The notes under the pieces: model-generated | Told to the model about the DNA's origin: nothing | Database searches by the model: none | The model's input: only the letters and a program-made list of their open reading frames with translations | Position numbers and translations under genes: made by a program | Part shown: positions 17,171 to 24,379 of the stretch, piece by piece | Numbering within the stretch: the first letter of the stretch is position 1 | Layout of the letters: the number at the start of each line of letters is the position of its first letter | Source: Candidatus Saccharimonadota bacterium | GTDB taxonomy: Archaea; Micrarchaeota; Micrarchaeia; Micrarchaeales; Micrarchaeaceae | Assembly (NCBI GenBank): GCA_963698035.1 | Contig: OY969114.1 | Coordinates: 450,001 to 482,000, forward strand | Direction of reading: 5' to 3' | DNA length: 32,000 bases

Positions 17171-17704
17171 ATGAAGAACCTAAGTGCGCAATCCGCAATG
17201 GAATATCTCATGACATATGGTTGGGCGATACTTATCATATCTATCGTTCTCGCAGCACTCTTCGCTCTCGGAGTCTTCAGCAGCAGCTCCTTCATAGGCT
17301 CATCATGCATCGCGGCATCCGGATATGAATGCTCAGCCCCGTTATTACTGCATAACGGGTATTTCACCTCTATAGTGGGCCAAGCCACCGGAAATTCGTG
17401 GACTGCAGCAAATATAATATTTGTAGTTTCTGGCAGCTCTGTACCAACAAACCCGATACCCTCTCCTACCTTAAGCTGTGTTGAAGCCCCAGCAGGCGGT
17501 ATTCTCGCAAACGGCGGATCATTTACAACAGCGTATAATGGTGCTTATTATAACGGCGCGTGTTACGGGTTTGGAACACCCCAAGTGCCAGGCGGCATTA
17601 CTATAGGTTCAACTATAGTTGGATCGCTCTGGGCCTCATATAGTATAGGTTCAGCAAGTGGTCTATTTTCACAAATAGCAACAGTAACACTGAAGACCAC
17701 ATAA
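17171..17704 (+). CDS. Class III signal peptide / type IV pilin-like protein, divergent paralog P0
   Basis: Starts at the ATG at 17171 (the ORF track starts at a GTG at 17150). It has a short leader (MKNLSA) and then QSAMEYLMTYGWAILIISIVLAALFALGVF: Q+1 and E+5 followed by a hydrophobic helix. The C-terminus ends IATVTLKTT. It shares the first ~60 aa and the last ~10 aa with the four array genes. Confidence 0.75.
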   Translation: MKNLSAQSAMEYLMTYGWAILIISIVLAALFALGVFSSSSFIGSSCIAASGYECSAPLLLHNGYFTSIVGQATGNSWTAANIIFVVSGSSVPTNPIPSPTLSCVEAPAGGILANGGSFTTAYNGAYYNGACYGFGTPQVPGGITIGSTIVGSLWASYSIGSASGLFSQIATVTLKTT

Positions 17705-17738
17705 CGAACCTATTTATAAGCGTTTTCCAAATACTCTA

Positions 17739-17998
17739 CTGGCAGATAGGCGGGGGGCTAAGGGTCTCCCATCCGCAAATCCCTTTTGGCGGGCCAATGC
17801 CGTCCGAGTGGTATAGGACTATGCAAGACCTGCGCGGAAGCGTTGAGGTCCTGCCCTAGGTGGTAGCCGAGTATGTGAACCAGGCCAGGCCGGAAGGAGC
17901 AACCTTAATCATATGTGGTCTATGCTCTTAGGATACAGGGCTGAGCAAAAGCGCAGACAATCCTGCACGGCTTTATAGTGCAAGGCGGCTTCTGCCAC
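17739..17998 (+). ncRNA. Signal recognition particle RNA (7S/SRP RNA)
   Basis: CCAGGCCAGGCCGGAAGGAGCAACC (about 17880-17905) matches the conserved helix-8 motif (compare E. coli 4.5S CAGGUCAGGUCCGGAAGGAAGCAGCC). The 5' UGGCAGA (17739-17745) pairs with the 3' UCUGCCA (17991-17997). A TTTATAA box lies at 17712-17718, about 25 nt upstream. The ends are approximate. Confidence 0.75.
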
Positions 17999-18030
17999 TA
18001 ATAAAAAGATTATGAAACAAAGGATAATGT

Positions 18031-18116
18031 GCCGGGGTCGCCTAGTGGTAGGGCGGCAGCCTGCTAAGCTGTTTAGTCAGCAATGGCTTCCGCGAGTTCG
18101 AATCTCGCCCCCGGCG
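18031..18116 (+). tRNA. tRNA-Ser (anticodon GCU)
   Basis: Hand-folded cloverleaf: acceptor GCCGGGG/CCCCGGC; D arm GCCT-AGTGGTA-GGGC; anticodon arm GCAGC-CTGCTAA-GCTGT; 19-nt variable arm (AGTC...GGCT stem); T arm GCGAG-TTCGAAT-CTCGC; discriminator G. No encoded CCA. Confidence 0.85.
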
Positions 18117-18165
18117 ATAATGTGTTGAATAAAAGGAAAACCGTTGTGGCAGAAAAAGATAACTA

Positions 18166-18627
18166 TTATTTATCAACCCTTATCTCATGTTCCACGATGT
18201 TTTTATTAGCCTCGTCAAAGTAGAAGTCAGCATCAAACTGCTCACCCTTCAACAAGTGCGGCAGCCAGAACTCGTCATCCTTCCACATATCCTGAACTGG
18301 CAGGGCATCCAGTTCGAACCATTTTACCCCACCCTCTTCGGTATTCTTTAGCTCGCCAGAAAAGTCCTTGGTGGAGAACAGATGCACCATAAAGTCCACT
18401 TCTTGCTTGCCGAAGTTATGGAAGTTCAGGACACCATGATAGAATAAGTTCGTTATCGTCAATCCCGTCTCCTCGAATGTCTCCCTTATCGCGCTCTGCT
18501 CCGGTGTCTCTCCCCCGTCTATCTTCCCCCCAGGACCGTTCCATTTCTCCTTGCTGATCCCCCTCGTGGCTCTTTTGAGCAGGAGCTTTCTGCCATTTAT
18601 TATCTCTACAAGGGTCGCCTCAATCAC
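18166..18627 (-). CDS. Nudix hydrolase
   Basis: Nudix box GPGGKIDGGETPEQSAIRETFEETGL. The GTG start at 18627 directly abuts the gdhA stop (TGAGTG). Confidence 0.88.
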   Translation of the reverse strand: MIEATLVEIINGRKLLLKRATRGISKEKWNGPGGKIDGGETPEQSAIRETFEETGLTITNLFYHGVLNFHNFGKQEVDFMVHLFSTKDFSGELKNTEEGGVKWFELDALPVQDMWKDDEFWLPHLLKGEQFDADFYFDEANKNIVEHEIRVDK

Positions 18628-19899
18628 TCAGTACCAGCCCCGCGCCTTCATCGCCTTGGCAACCCTGTCGACCGCGATTATGTAGGCGGCCATCCTCGGG
18701 TTTATCTTCTGGCCATTCGCTGCATAGGATTTCTGCATTGCAATGGTGTCGTTGAATGATTTTGTTATCTTCTTGTCCAGCTTCGCGTTGAAGAGGTCGA
18801 TGTCCCAGTAATCACCAGTTATATTCTGCACCCATTCATAGTACGATCCTATCACGCCTCCGGAATTGACCAGGAAGTCTGGCAGGTCTAGTATCCCTTT
18901 CTCGAAGAGTATACCTGTCGCCTCCGGCGTCACCGGACCATTCGCCAGCTCCAACAGGAGCTTGCACTTAATTTTGTCGGCGTTGTCCGCCCTTATCTGA
19001 TTCTCTATCGCAGCCGGTATGAGGATGTCGACCTTCAGCTCGAGGAGCTCCTCGTTTGACACCTTCTCGGCCTTCTTGCCCTTGTAGCCCAGCACGCTGC
19101 CTGTCCTTTTCTTCGCCTCGTCCAGCTTTGCAAGGTCCAGGCCGTCGGGGTCATAGATTCCGCCCTCGGAGTCGCTTATCGCCACAACCTTCGCCCCCAG
19201 CATCTCCTTCGATAATGTATAAGCGTACCTTCCCGCATTGCCAAAGCCCTGCACAGCGATTGTTGCCTTCTTGGGGTTAAGCCTGAGCGCCTTCGCCGCC
19301 TCCCTCATCACAAACATGCTGCCCCTGGCGGTCGAGTCCATCCTACCTTCGCTACCCCAGATCTCGACGGGCTTTCCTGTTATCACGCCGAACTGGCTCT
19401 TCCTCACAATGTTTATATACTCATCGAGCATCCAAGCCATTATCTGGGGGGTTGTGTATACATCTGGCGCAGGTATGTCGACCTCTGGGCCGATGTCGGT
19501 GCCAAGCGCCCTCACATATGCCCTGGATAGCGCTTCTATGTCTTTATCATTCATCTTCTTCGTGTCGCATATGATACCCCCCTTGCCTCCACCGAAGGGT
19601 ATGTCTGCTAGCGAGCACTTCCATGTCATCCACGCAGAAAGCGCCTTTACAGTATCGAGACTCTCCTGCGGATGGAACCTTATGCCCCCCTTTGCTGGGC
19701 CCCTAGCATCATTATACCTGACGCGGAAGCCAGTGAAGAGCTGCGTTTTGCCATTGCTCATCTTTACAGGTATGTTCATGACAAGGACGCGCTTCGGCTC
19801 CCTGAGTATAACATGTGCCTGCCTGTCCAGCTTCATTATCTCCGCCGCCTCATCGAGCTGCTCTTGCGCAATCTTGAATGGATTGAGTTCCTCTGCCAC
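18628..19899 (-). CDS. gdhA: Glutamate dehydrogenase
   Basis: GPAKGGIRFHP, PFGGGKGG and the Rossmann GFGNAG are the Glu/Leu/Phe/Val dehydrogenase signatures. 423 aa. Confidence 0.95.
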   Translation of the reverse strand: MAEELNPFKIAQEQLDEAAEIMKLDRQAHVILREPKRVLVMNIPVKMSNGKTQLFTGFRVRYNDARGPAKGGIRFHPQESLDTVKALSAWMTWKCSLADIPFGGGKGGIICDTKKMNDKDIEALSRAYVRALGTDIGPEVDIPAPDVYTTPQIMAWMLDEYINIVRKSQFGVITGKPVEIWGSEGRMDSTARGSMFVMREAAKALRLNPKKATIAVQGFGNAGRYAYTLSKEMLGAKVVAISDSEGGIYDPDGLDLAKLDEAKKRTGSVLGYKGKKAEKVSNEELLELKVDILIPAAIENQIRADNADKIKCKLLLELANGPVTPEATGILFEKGILDLPDFLVNSGGVIGSYYEWVQNITGDYWDIDLFNAKLDKKITKSFNDTIAMQKSYAANGQKINPRMAAYIIAVDRVAKAMKARGWY

Positions 19900-20003
19900 T
19901 TATTCACCCATTGAAATCAGATGCAGAAGATATTATTAAGCTTTTATTCTGCTGCAGAACGCAAGTAAAATAATTGCTATCGCTCCGTCGGCGAAGCGGA
20001 AGG

Positions 20004-20011
20004 TTTTTATA
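20004..20011 (+). promoter_or_regulatory. TATA box of array gene P1
   Basis: TTTTTATA lies about 36 nt before the ATG at 20044. GGTGA (Shine-Dalgarno-like) lies 6-7 nt before the ATG. Confidence 0.5.
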
Positions 20012-20043
20012 CCTGTTCTCTGTTTGATGTAAAGGTGAATTTA

Positions 20044-20583
20044 ATGTTCTCCAAAAGAGGCAACTCCAAAGCCCAGTCAGCAATGGAATATCTGATGACA
20101 TATGGATGGGCAATACTGATTATATCTATCGTTCTCGCAGCGCTCTTCGCTCTCGGAGTCTTCAGCAGCAGCTCCTTCGTAGGCACAACATGCATCGCGG
20201 CATCTGGATACGAATGTGCAACCCCACTACTGCACTCCGGATTGTTCACCGCTACAATAGGCCAAGCCACCGGAACTTCATGGGCAACGACCAATGTAGT
20301 ATTCATTAGTGGAGGCGGTGTACCAAGTTCGCTAGCTAACACCGTGTTTACGGGATCCGTATGTGCTCAAACAGTATCGGGTGGTCTCACAAGCGGGGCG
20401 TCCTTCACATTCACAGTCAATACCATGGCCTCGGGTACAGGTGCGCTATCATGCACCGGAGGTACATTCTTATCTACAATTGGATCGTCTTACACTGGGT
20501 CCCTATGGGCGGAGTATACGTCATCCGGTGTATCGGGTTACCAGTGGTCACAAATTGCTACAGTGACGCTGAAGGCCACATAA
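20044..20583 (+). CDS. Class III signal peptide / type IV pilin-like protein P1
   Basis: MFSKRGNSKA then QSAMEYLMTYGWAILIISIVLAALFALGVF. Conserved Cys pair TTCIAASGYEC, variable middle, conserved end YTGSLWAEYTSSGVSGYQWSQIATVTLKAT. The ATG at 20044 is preferred over the track's GTG at 20035. Confidence 0.8.
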   Translation: MFSKRGNSKAQSAMEYLMTYGWAILIISIVLAALFALGVFSSSSFVGTTCIAASGYECATPLLHSGLFTATIGQATGTSWATTNVVFISGGGVPSSLANTVFTGSVCAQTVSGGLTSGASFTFTVNTMASGTGALSCTGGTFLSTIGSSYTGSLWAEYTSSGVSGYQWSQIATVTLKAT

Positions 20584-20595
20584 ACGGCCTTCCCC

Positions 20596-20609
20596 TTTCT
20601 TTTTATTTT
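20596..20609 (+). terminator. Oligo-T tract after P1 (archaeal-type terminator candidate)
   Basis: TTTCTTTTTATTTT begins 13 nt after the stop codon. The same tract follows every array gene. Confidence 0.4.
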
Positions 20610-20627
20610 AGGAGTAGCGGAGCTGTT

Positions 20628-20721
20628 CTTGCTCCTTTTTCTGTATGCTTCCCTATAATTGTCTATGACCTCAACCTTGTTCGCAAACGGCTCCCCCACC
20701 AGAAGGCTTTTATACCTGTTC
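20628..20721 (-). pseudogene. dph2-derived relic 1 (~94 nt, homologous to dph2 positions 23084-23177)
   Basis: By-eye alignment is about 85% identical with one 1-nt indel. The minus-strand translation LVGEPFANKVEVIDNYREAYRKRS compares with Dph2 LVVEPFANKVEFIDDYREVYRGRS. Confidence 0.65.
20708..20714 (+). promoter_or_regulatory. TATA box of array gene P2 (inside the right end of relic 1)
   Basis: CTTTTATACC lies about 36 nt before the ATG at 20747. The aligned dph2 sequence reads GTTTTGTAGT, which has no TATA. Confidence 0.5.
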
Positions 20722-20746
20722 TCTGTTTGATGTAAAGGTGAATTTG

Positions 20747-21277
20747 ATGTTCTCCAAAAGAGGCAACTCCAAAGCCCAGTCAGCAATGGAATATCTGATG
20801 ACATATGGATGGGCAATACTGATCATATCTATCGTTCTCGCAGCGCTCTTCGCTCTCGGAGTCTTCAGCAGCAGCTCCTTCGTAGGCACAACATGCATCG
20901 CGGCATCTGGATACGAATGTGCAACCCCACTACTGCACATCGGAACATTCACCGCTACAATAGGCCAAGCCACCGGAACTTCATGGACATCGGCCAATAT
21001 AGTACTTGTTACAGGAGGTGCTGTACCAAGTGCCATACCTACTACTGTTTCAGGGAGTTGCTTTGTTAATGCAAATACCCTCACAAGCGGGGCGTCCTTC
21101 ACATTCACAGCCAATAGCATGAGCTTGGGCGGCTCATCCACCTCATGTGGCGGAGGTGCGTTCTCACCTACAATCGGAACGTCTTACACCGGGGCCCTAT
21201 GGGCGGCGTATACGTCATCCGGTGTATCGGGAACCCAGTGGTCAGAGATCGCTACAGTGACGCTGAAGGCCACATAA
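20747..21277 (+). CDS. Class III signal peptide / type IV pilin-like protein P2
   Basis: The first ~57 residues are identical to P1. The middle differs (…HIGTFTATIGQATGTSWTSANIVLVTGGAVPSAIPTTVSGSCFVNANT…). The end is conserved (YTGALWAAYTSSGVSGTQWSEIATVTLKAT). Confidence 0.8.
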   Translation: MFSKRGNSKAQSAMEYLMTYGWAILIISIVLAALFALGVFSSSSFVGTTCIAASGYECATPLLHIGTFTATIGQATGTSWTSANIVLVTGGAVPSAIPTTVSGSCFVNANTLTSGASFTFTANSMSLGGSSTSCGGGAFSPTIGTSYTGALWAAYTSSGVSGTQWSEIATVTLKAT

Positions 21278-21289
21278 ACGGCCTTCCCC

Positions 21290-21303
21290 TTTCTTTTTAT
21301 TTT
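21290..21303 (+). terminator. Oligo-T tract after P2
   Basis: Same TTTCTTTTTATTTT tract as after P1. Confidence 0.4.
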
Positions 21304-21321
21304 AGGAGTAGCGGAGCTGTT

Positions 21322-21415
21322 CTTGCTCCTTTTTCTGTATGCTTCCCTATAATTGTCTATGACCTCAACCTTGTTCGCAAACGGCTCCCCCACCAGAAGG
21401 CTTTTATACCTGTTC
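21322..21415 (-). pseudogene. dph2-derived relic 2
   Basis: Same sequence as relic 1, read directly. Confidence 0.65.
21402..21408 (+). promoter_or_regulatory. TATA box of array gene P3
   Basis: CTTTTATACC lies about 36 nt before the ATG at 21441. Confidence 0.5.
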
Positions 21416-21440
21416 TCTGTTTGATGTAAAGGTGAATTTG

Positions 21441-21989
21441 ATGTTCTCCAAAAGAGGCAACTCCAAAGCCCAGTCAGCAATGGAATATCTGATGACATAT
21501 GGATGGGCAATACTGATTATATCTATCGTTCTCGCAGCGCTCTTCGCTCTCGGAGTCTTCAGCAGCAGCTCCTTCGTAGGCACAACATGCATCGCGGCAT
21601 CTGGATACGAATGTGCAACCCCACTACTGCACTCCGGATTGTTCACCGCTACAATAGGCCAAGCCACCGGAACTTCATGGGCAACGACCAATGTAGTATT
21701 CATTAGTGGAGGCGGTGTACCAAGTGCGTTAACTGCCGCCATGTTTACAGGGGTCGGGACCACATGCGCTCAAACAGTATCAGGCGGTCTCACAAGCGGG
21801 GCGTCCTTCACATTCTCAGTCAATAGCGTAGCCTCGGGTACAGGTACGCCAACATGTCCTGCCGCAAGCGCGTTAGGATCTGCAATTGGAAATTCTTACA
21901 CTGGGTCCCTATGGGCGGAGTATACGTCATCCGGTGTATCGGGTTTCCAGTGGTCACAGATCGCTACAGTGACGCTGAAGTCCACATAA
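21441..21989 (+). CDS. Class III signal peptide / type IV pilin-like protein P3
   Basis: Same N-terminal ~95 aa as P1. The middle differs (ALTAAMFTGVGTTCAQ…GTGTPTCPAASALGSAIGNS). The end is conserved (…FQWSQIATVTLKST). Confidence 0.8.
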   Translation: MFSKRGNSKAQSAMEYLMTYGWAILIISIVLAALFALGVFSSSSFVGTTCIAASGYECATPLLHSGLFTATIGQATGTSWATTNVVFISGGGVPSALTAAMFTGVGTTCAQTVSGGLTSGASFTFSVNSVASGTGTPTCPAASALGSAIGNSYTGSLWAEYTSSGVSGFQWSQIATVTLKST

Positions 21990-22001
21990 ACGGCCTTCCC
22001 C

Positions 22002-22015
22002 TTTCTTTTTATTTT
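22002..22015 (+). terminator. Oligo-T tract after P3
   Basis: Same TTTCTTTTTATTTT tract as after P1. Confidence 0.4.
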
Positions 22016-22033
22016 AGGAGTAGCGGAGCTGTT

Positions 22034-22127
22034 CTTGCTCCTTTTTCTGTATGCTTCCCTATAATTGTCTATGACCTCAACCTTGTTCGCAAACGGCTCC
22101 CCCACCAGAAGGCTTTTATACCTGTTC
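22034..22127 (-). pseudogene. dph2-derived relic 3
   Basis: Same sequence as relics 1 and 2, read directly. Confidence 0.65.
22114..22120 (+). promoter_or_regulatory. TATA box of array gene P4
   Basis: CTTTTATACC lies about 36 nt before the ATG at 22153. Confidence 0.5.
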
Positions 22128-22152
22128 TCTGTTTGATGTAAAGGTGAATTTG

Positions 22153-22701
22153 ATGTTCTCCAAAAGAGGCAACTCCAAAGCCCAGTCAGCAATGGAATAT
22201 CTGATGACATATGGATGGGCAATACTGATTATATCTATCGTTCTCGCAGCGCTCTTCGCTCTCGGAGTCTTCAGCAGCAGCTCCTTCGTAGGCACAACAT
22301 GCATCGCGGCATCTGGATACGAATGTGCAACCCCACTACTGCACTCCGGATTGTTCACCGCTACAATAGGCCAAGCCACCGGAACTTCATGGGCAACGAC
22401 CAATGTAGTATTCATTAGTGGAGGCGGTGTACCAAGTGCGTTAACTGCCGCCATGTTTACAGGGGTCGGGACCACATGCGCTCAAACAGTATCAGGCGGT
22501 CTCACAAGCGGGGCGTCCTTCACATTCTCAGTCAATAGCGTAGCCTCGGGTACAGGTACGCCAACATGTCCTGCCGCAAGCGCGTTAGGATCTGCAATTG
22601 GAAATTCTTACACTGGGTCCCTATGGGCGGAGTATACGTCATCCGGTGTATCGGGTTTCCAGTGGTCACAGATCGCTACAGTGACGCTGAAGTCCACATA
22701 A
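22153..22701 (+). CDS. Class III signal peptide / type IV pilin-like protein P4 (identical to P3)
   Basis: The ORF-track translation is identical to P3, and the nucleotide sequence looks identical on inspection. Confidence 0.8.
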   Translation: MFSKRGNSKAQSAMEYLMTYGWAILIISIVLAALFALGVFSSSSFVGTTCIAASGYECATPLLHSGLFTATIGQATGTSWATTNVVFISGGGVPSALTAAMFTGVGTTCAQTVSGGLTSGASFTFSVNSVASGTGTPTCPAASALGSAIGNSYTGSLWAEYTSSGVSGFQWSQIATVTLKST

Positions 22702-22713
22702 ACGGCCTTCCCC

Positions 22714-22727
22714 TTTCTTTTTATTTT
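22714..22727 (+). terminator. Oligo-T tract after P4
   Basis: Same tract as after P1. The shared 3' flank ends at 22743, 17 nt before the dph2 stop codon. Confidence 0.4.
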
Positions 22728-22759
22728 AGGAGTAGCGGAGCTGATCTTTATATTGCCGA

Positions 22760-23689
22760 CTAGTTCCTTGCCCTCAGCTCTGCGAGTTCCTTCTTCATCT
22801 GCAGGGCCTCCATCAGTTCGTTCGCGCTTAGGAGCGGCTTTCCGATGCGGTCGTAGTCATCGATGGCAATCCTGGGACATGCGGTGTTGACAAAAGCATC
22901 AAACTCCCTCATATTCTGCAATGATGTGAAATCAAAGGTGTTCGCCACGAGTATCTCCGCTTTCAGGCCGCGCCTCTCAATCTTCTCTTTTATTATCTTC
23001 GCCAGCGCCATGTTGTGCTGGCCGTTCTTTGTGCTGAGCATTACGCCAAAACTCTTCGCCTCAAGGGTCGCTATCACCTTACCCCTGCTCCTTCCCCTGT
23101 ATACTTCTCTATAATCGTCTATAAACTCAACCTTGTTCGCAAACGGCTCCACCACCAGGAAGGGTTTTGTAGTGTTCAGCAGCGCGCCCAGCGGATGGAA
23201 CATCCCTCCGCCAAAGTAGACGAATGCGTCCACATCCCTGTCTATGGTCGCTGCGCTGCCGATGTCGCAGCCCAATATCTGCCCGCGCTTCTTTGCGAAT
23301 CCGTAGGGCTTCCCGACCACTACCTTCTTGCCGTGCTTTTCGTAGAAGCCCACCAGCTCATCAAGCTGGTGTATGTGCTGTATTGTTGTAACAATCCCGA
23401 TTGTAGTGTATCCCGAAAGCGGCTCGAGCGACCTGTCGAGTATCTCCAGGGGCGCGTCTATGTTGTATTCAATATACTCGACATCAAAGTCTACCTTCTG
23501 GAACTCTGCATGGCCAAAGTGAATTATCCTGTCGGCATGGATGCTCTTCGCTTCATCGAGTGCAAGGTCGCACGCTCCAAAGGTCGGAGATGCAGATATG
23601 AAGACCTCGTTGCCTTTTGCCTCCAGTGCCTTCGCATACTCCAAGGCGTGCTGCTTTAGCCCTTCAGGAAACTGGAGAAGTAATCGCAT
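22760..23689 (-). CDS. dph2: Diphthamide biosynthesis protein Dph2 (2-(3-amino-3-carboxypropyl)histidine synthase)
   Basis: MRLLLQFPEGLKQHALEYAKALEAKGNEVFISASPTFGACDL, with later GCDIGSA and VNTACPRIA cysteine motifs, is typical of archaeal Dph2. It starts 8 nt after rpl10e. Confidence 0.88.
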   Translation of the reverse strand: MRLLLQFPEGLKQHALEYAKALEAKGNEVFISASPTFGACDLALDEAKSIHADRIIHFGHAEFQKVDFDVEYIEYNIDAPLEILDRSLEPLSGYTTIGIVTTIQHIHQLDELVGFYEKHGKKVVVGKPYGFAKKRGQILGCDIGSAATIDRDVDAFVYFGGGMFHPLGALLNTTKPFLVVEPFANKVEFIDDYREVYRGRSRGKVIATLEAKSFGVMLSTKNGQHNMALAKIIKEKIERRGLKAEILVANTFDFTSLQNMREFDAFVNTACPRIAIDDYDRIGKPLLSANELMEALQMKKELAELRARN

Positions 23690-23696
23690 CCTACCA

Positions 23697-24242
23697 CTAC
23701 GACGCAGCGCTTTTCTGTATCTGCTTTGTATTTATCTTATAGCTTCCTGATAGCTTCGACATAGCCCTCTTCAGTGCATGCTTTGCCACTTTCGCATTCT
23801 GGCCGCCCGTCCTCACCATAAGGATCGGCTGCCCCGGCCTTATCCGCGCAGCTATCGAGACCGGCTTGCCAAACGCATTTACCTTCATTCCCTGCGATAT
23901 CCTGTCGGCGCCCGCCCCCGTTGCCATCTTGTGTTCCCTTATGACGTTGTGAGGGTAGACCTTCACCGTGAACAAGTACTGCCCCGGTATATTCATCTCG
24001 AGGAACTTGTTCGCCACCAGCCTCGCAGCCTCGAGGGAGTTCGACCTGAGCTGTATCGGCACCTCGCTGTTCAGCGTGTATTCAGAGTCGTAGCTCTTGC
24101 TCTCTACGCCCATCTTGAAGACCAGCAGGCTTGTATGCGGAAGAGCCCTTATGTAGTTCTTCCTCGGCCTCCTGAGCGAGTATCTCGCCCATGCCTGCGA
24201 ATTTGGTGTCCTGCATGTTCTTGCAGGCCTAAGTCTTGCCAT
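23697..24242 (-). CDS. rpl10e: Ribosomal protein L10e (uL16)
   Basis: ARLRPARTCRTPNSQAWARYSLRRPRKNYIRALP and the ~180-aa length fit archaeal L10e. Confidence 0.92.
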   Translation of the reverse strand: MARLRPARTCRTPNSQAWARYSLRRPRKNYIRALPHTSLLVFKMGVESKSYDSEYTLNSEVPIQLRSNSLEAARLVANKFLEMNIPGQYLFTVKVYPHNVIREHKMATGAGADRISQGMKVNAFGKPVSIAARIRPGQPILMVRTGGQNAKVAKHALKRAMSKLSGSYKINTKQIQKSAAS

Positions 24243-24379
24243 TCTAAAAACCTTAAACAGAAGAAGCAGCTTCCGTCAGTATTATTCTCCCGAAAAGCTA
24301 TAAAAATGCGATGGTAGGCCCCATCATCCAATTCAATAATCTATTTATAACTTGCCAGAGATATAGCAGCAGTGGTGGA

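Larger units (their letters stand above)
19999..22743. repeat. Head-to-tail tandem array of four ~700-bp units (periods 703, 694 and 712 bp), each holding a promoter, a pilin-like gene, a T-tract and a dph2 relic; the last unit is truncated at 22743
   Basis: Direct reading shows the block from the TATA box to about 200 nt into the CDS recurring at 19999, 20702, 21396 and 22108. The 3' flank ACGGCCTTCCCCTTTCTTTTTATTTTAGGAGTAGCGGAGCTG follows each stop. Region 21278-21989 looks identical to 21990-22701. Confidence 0.9.

Noticed and set aside
18074-18092. Possible tRNA intron
   Set aside because: The extra 19 nt lie after the anticodon stem and form a short stem-loop. With the GCU anticodon and G discriminator, this is the normal long variable arm of tRNA-Ser.
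19238-19939. 233-aa plus-strand ORF
   Set aside because: It is antisense to gdhA, whose signatures are unambiguous. The product is Ser/Phe/Leu-rich low-complexity sequence.
20538-22222. Minus-strand ORFs of 92-108 aa spanning the spacers (20538..20816, 21184..21510, 21896..22222)
   Set aside because: Only about 25 central codons are dph2-like. The rest is antisense pilin sequence and terminator. I treat them as a gene relic, not intact genes.
20007-22475. Repeated minus-strand ORFs of 111-143 aa (20007..20342, 20710..21141, 21404..21763, 22116..22475)
   Set aside because: They are shadow frames antisense to the pilin-like genes. They recur only because the DNA is repeated, and they run across the plus-strand promoters.
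19999-22743. Possible CRISPR array or diversity-generating retroelement target
   Set aside because: The repeat period is about 700 bp and each unit is a full gene, so it is not a CRISPR array. Differences between copies include indels and all base types rather than adenine-specific changes, and no reverse transcriptase is in the window, so a DGR is unsupported.
24311-24379. N-terminal extension of ftsZ (MVGPIIQFNNLFITCQRYSSSGG)
   Set aside because: It would place the TTTATAA box (24344-24350) inside the CDS. The ATG at 24380 has an SD-like GGTGG and gives a normal FtsZ N-terminus.
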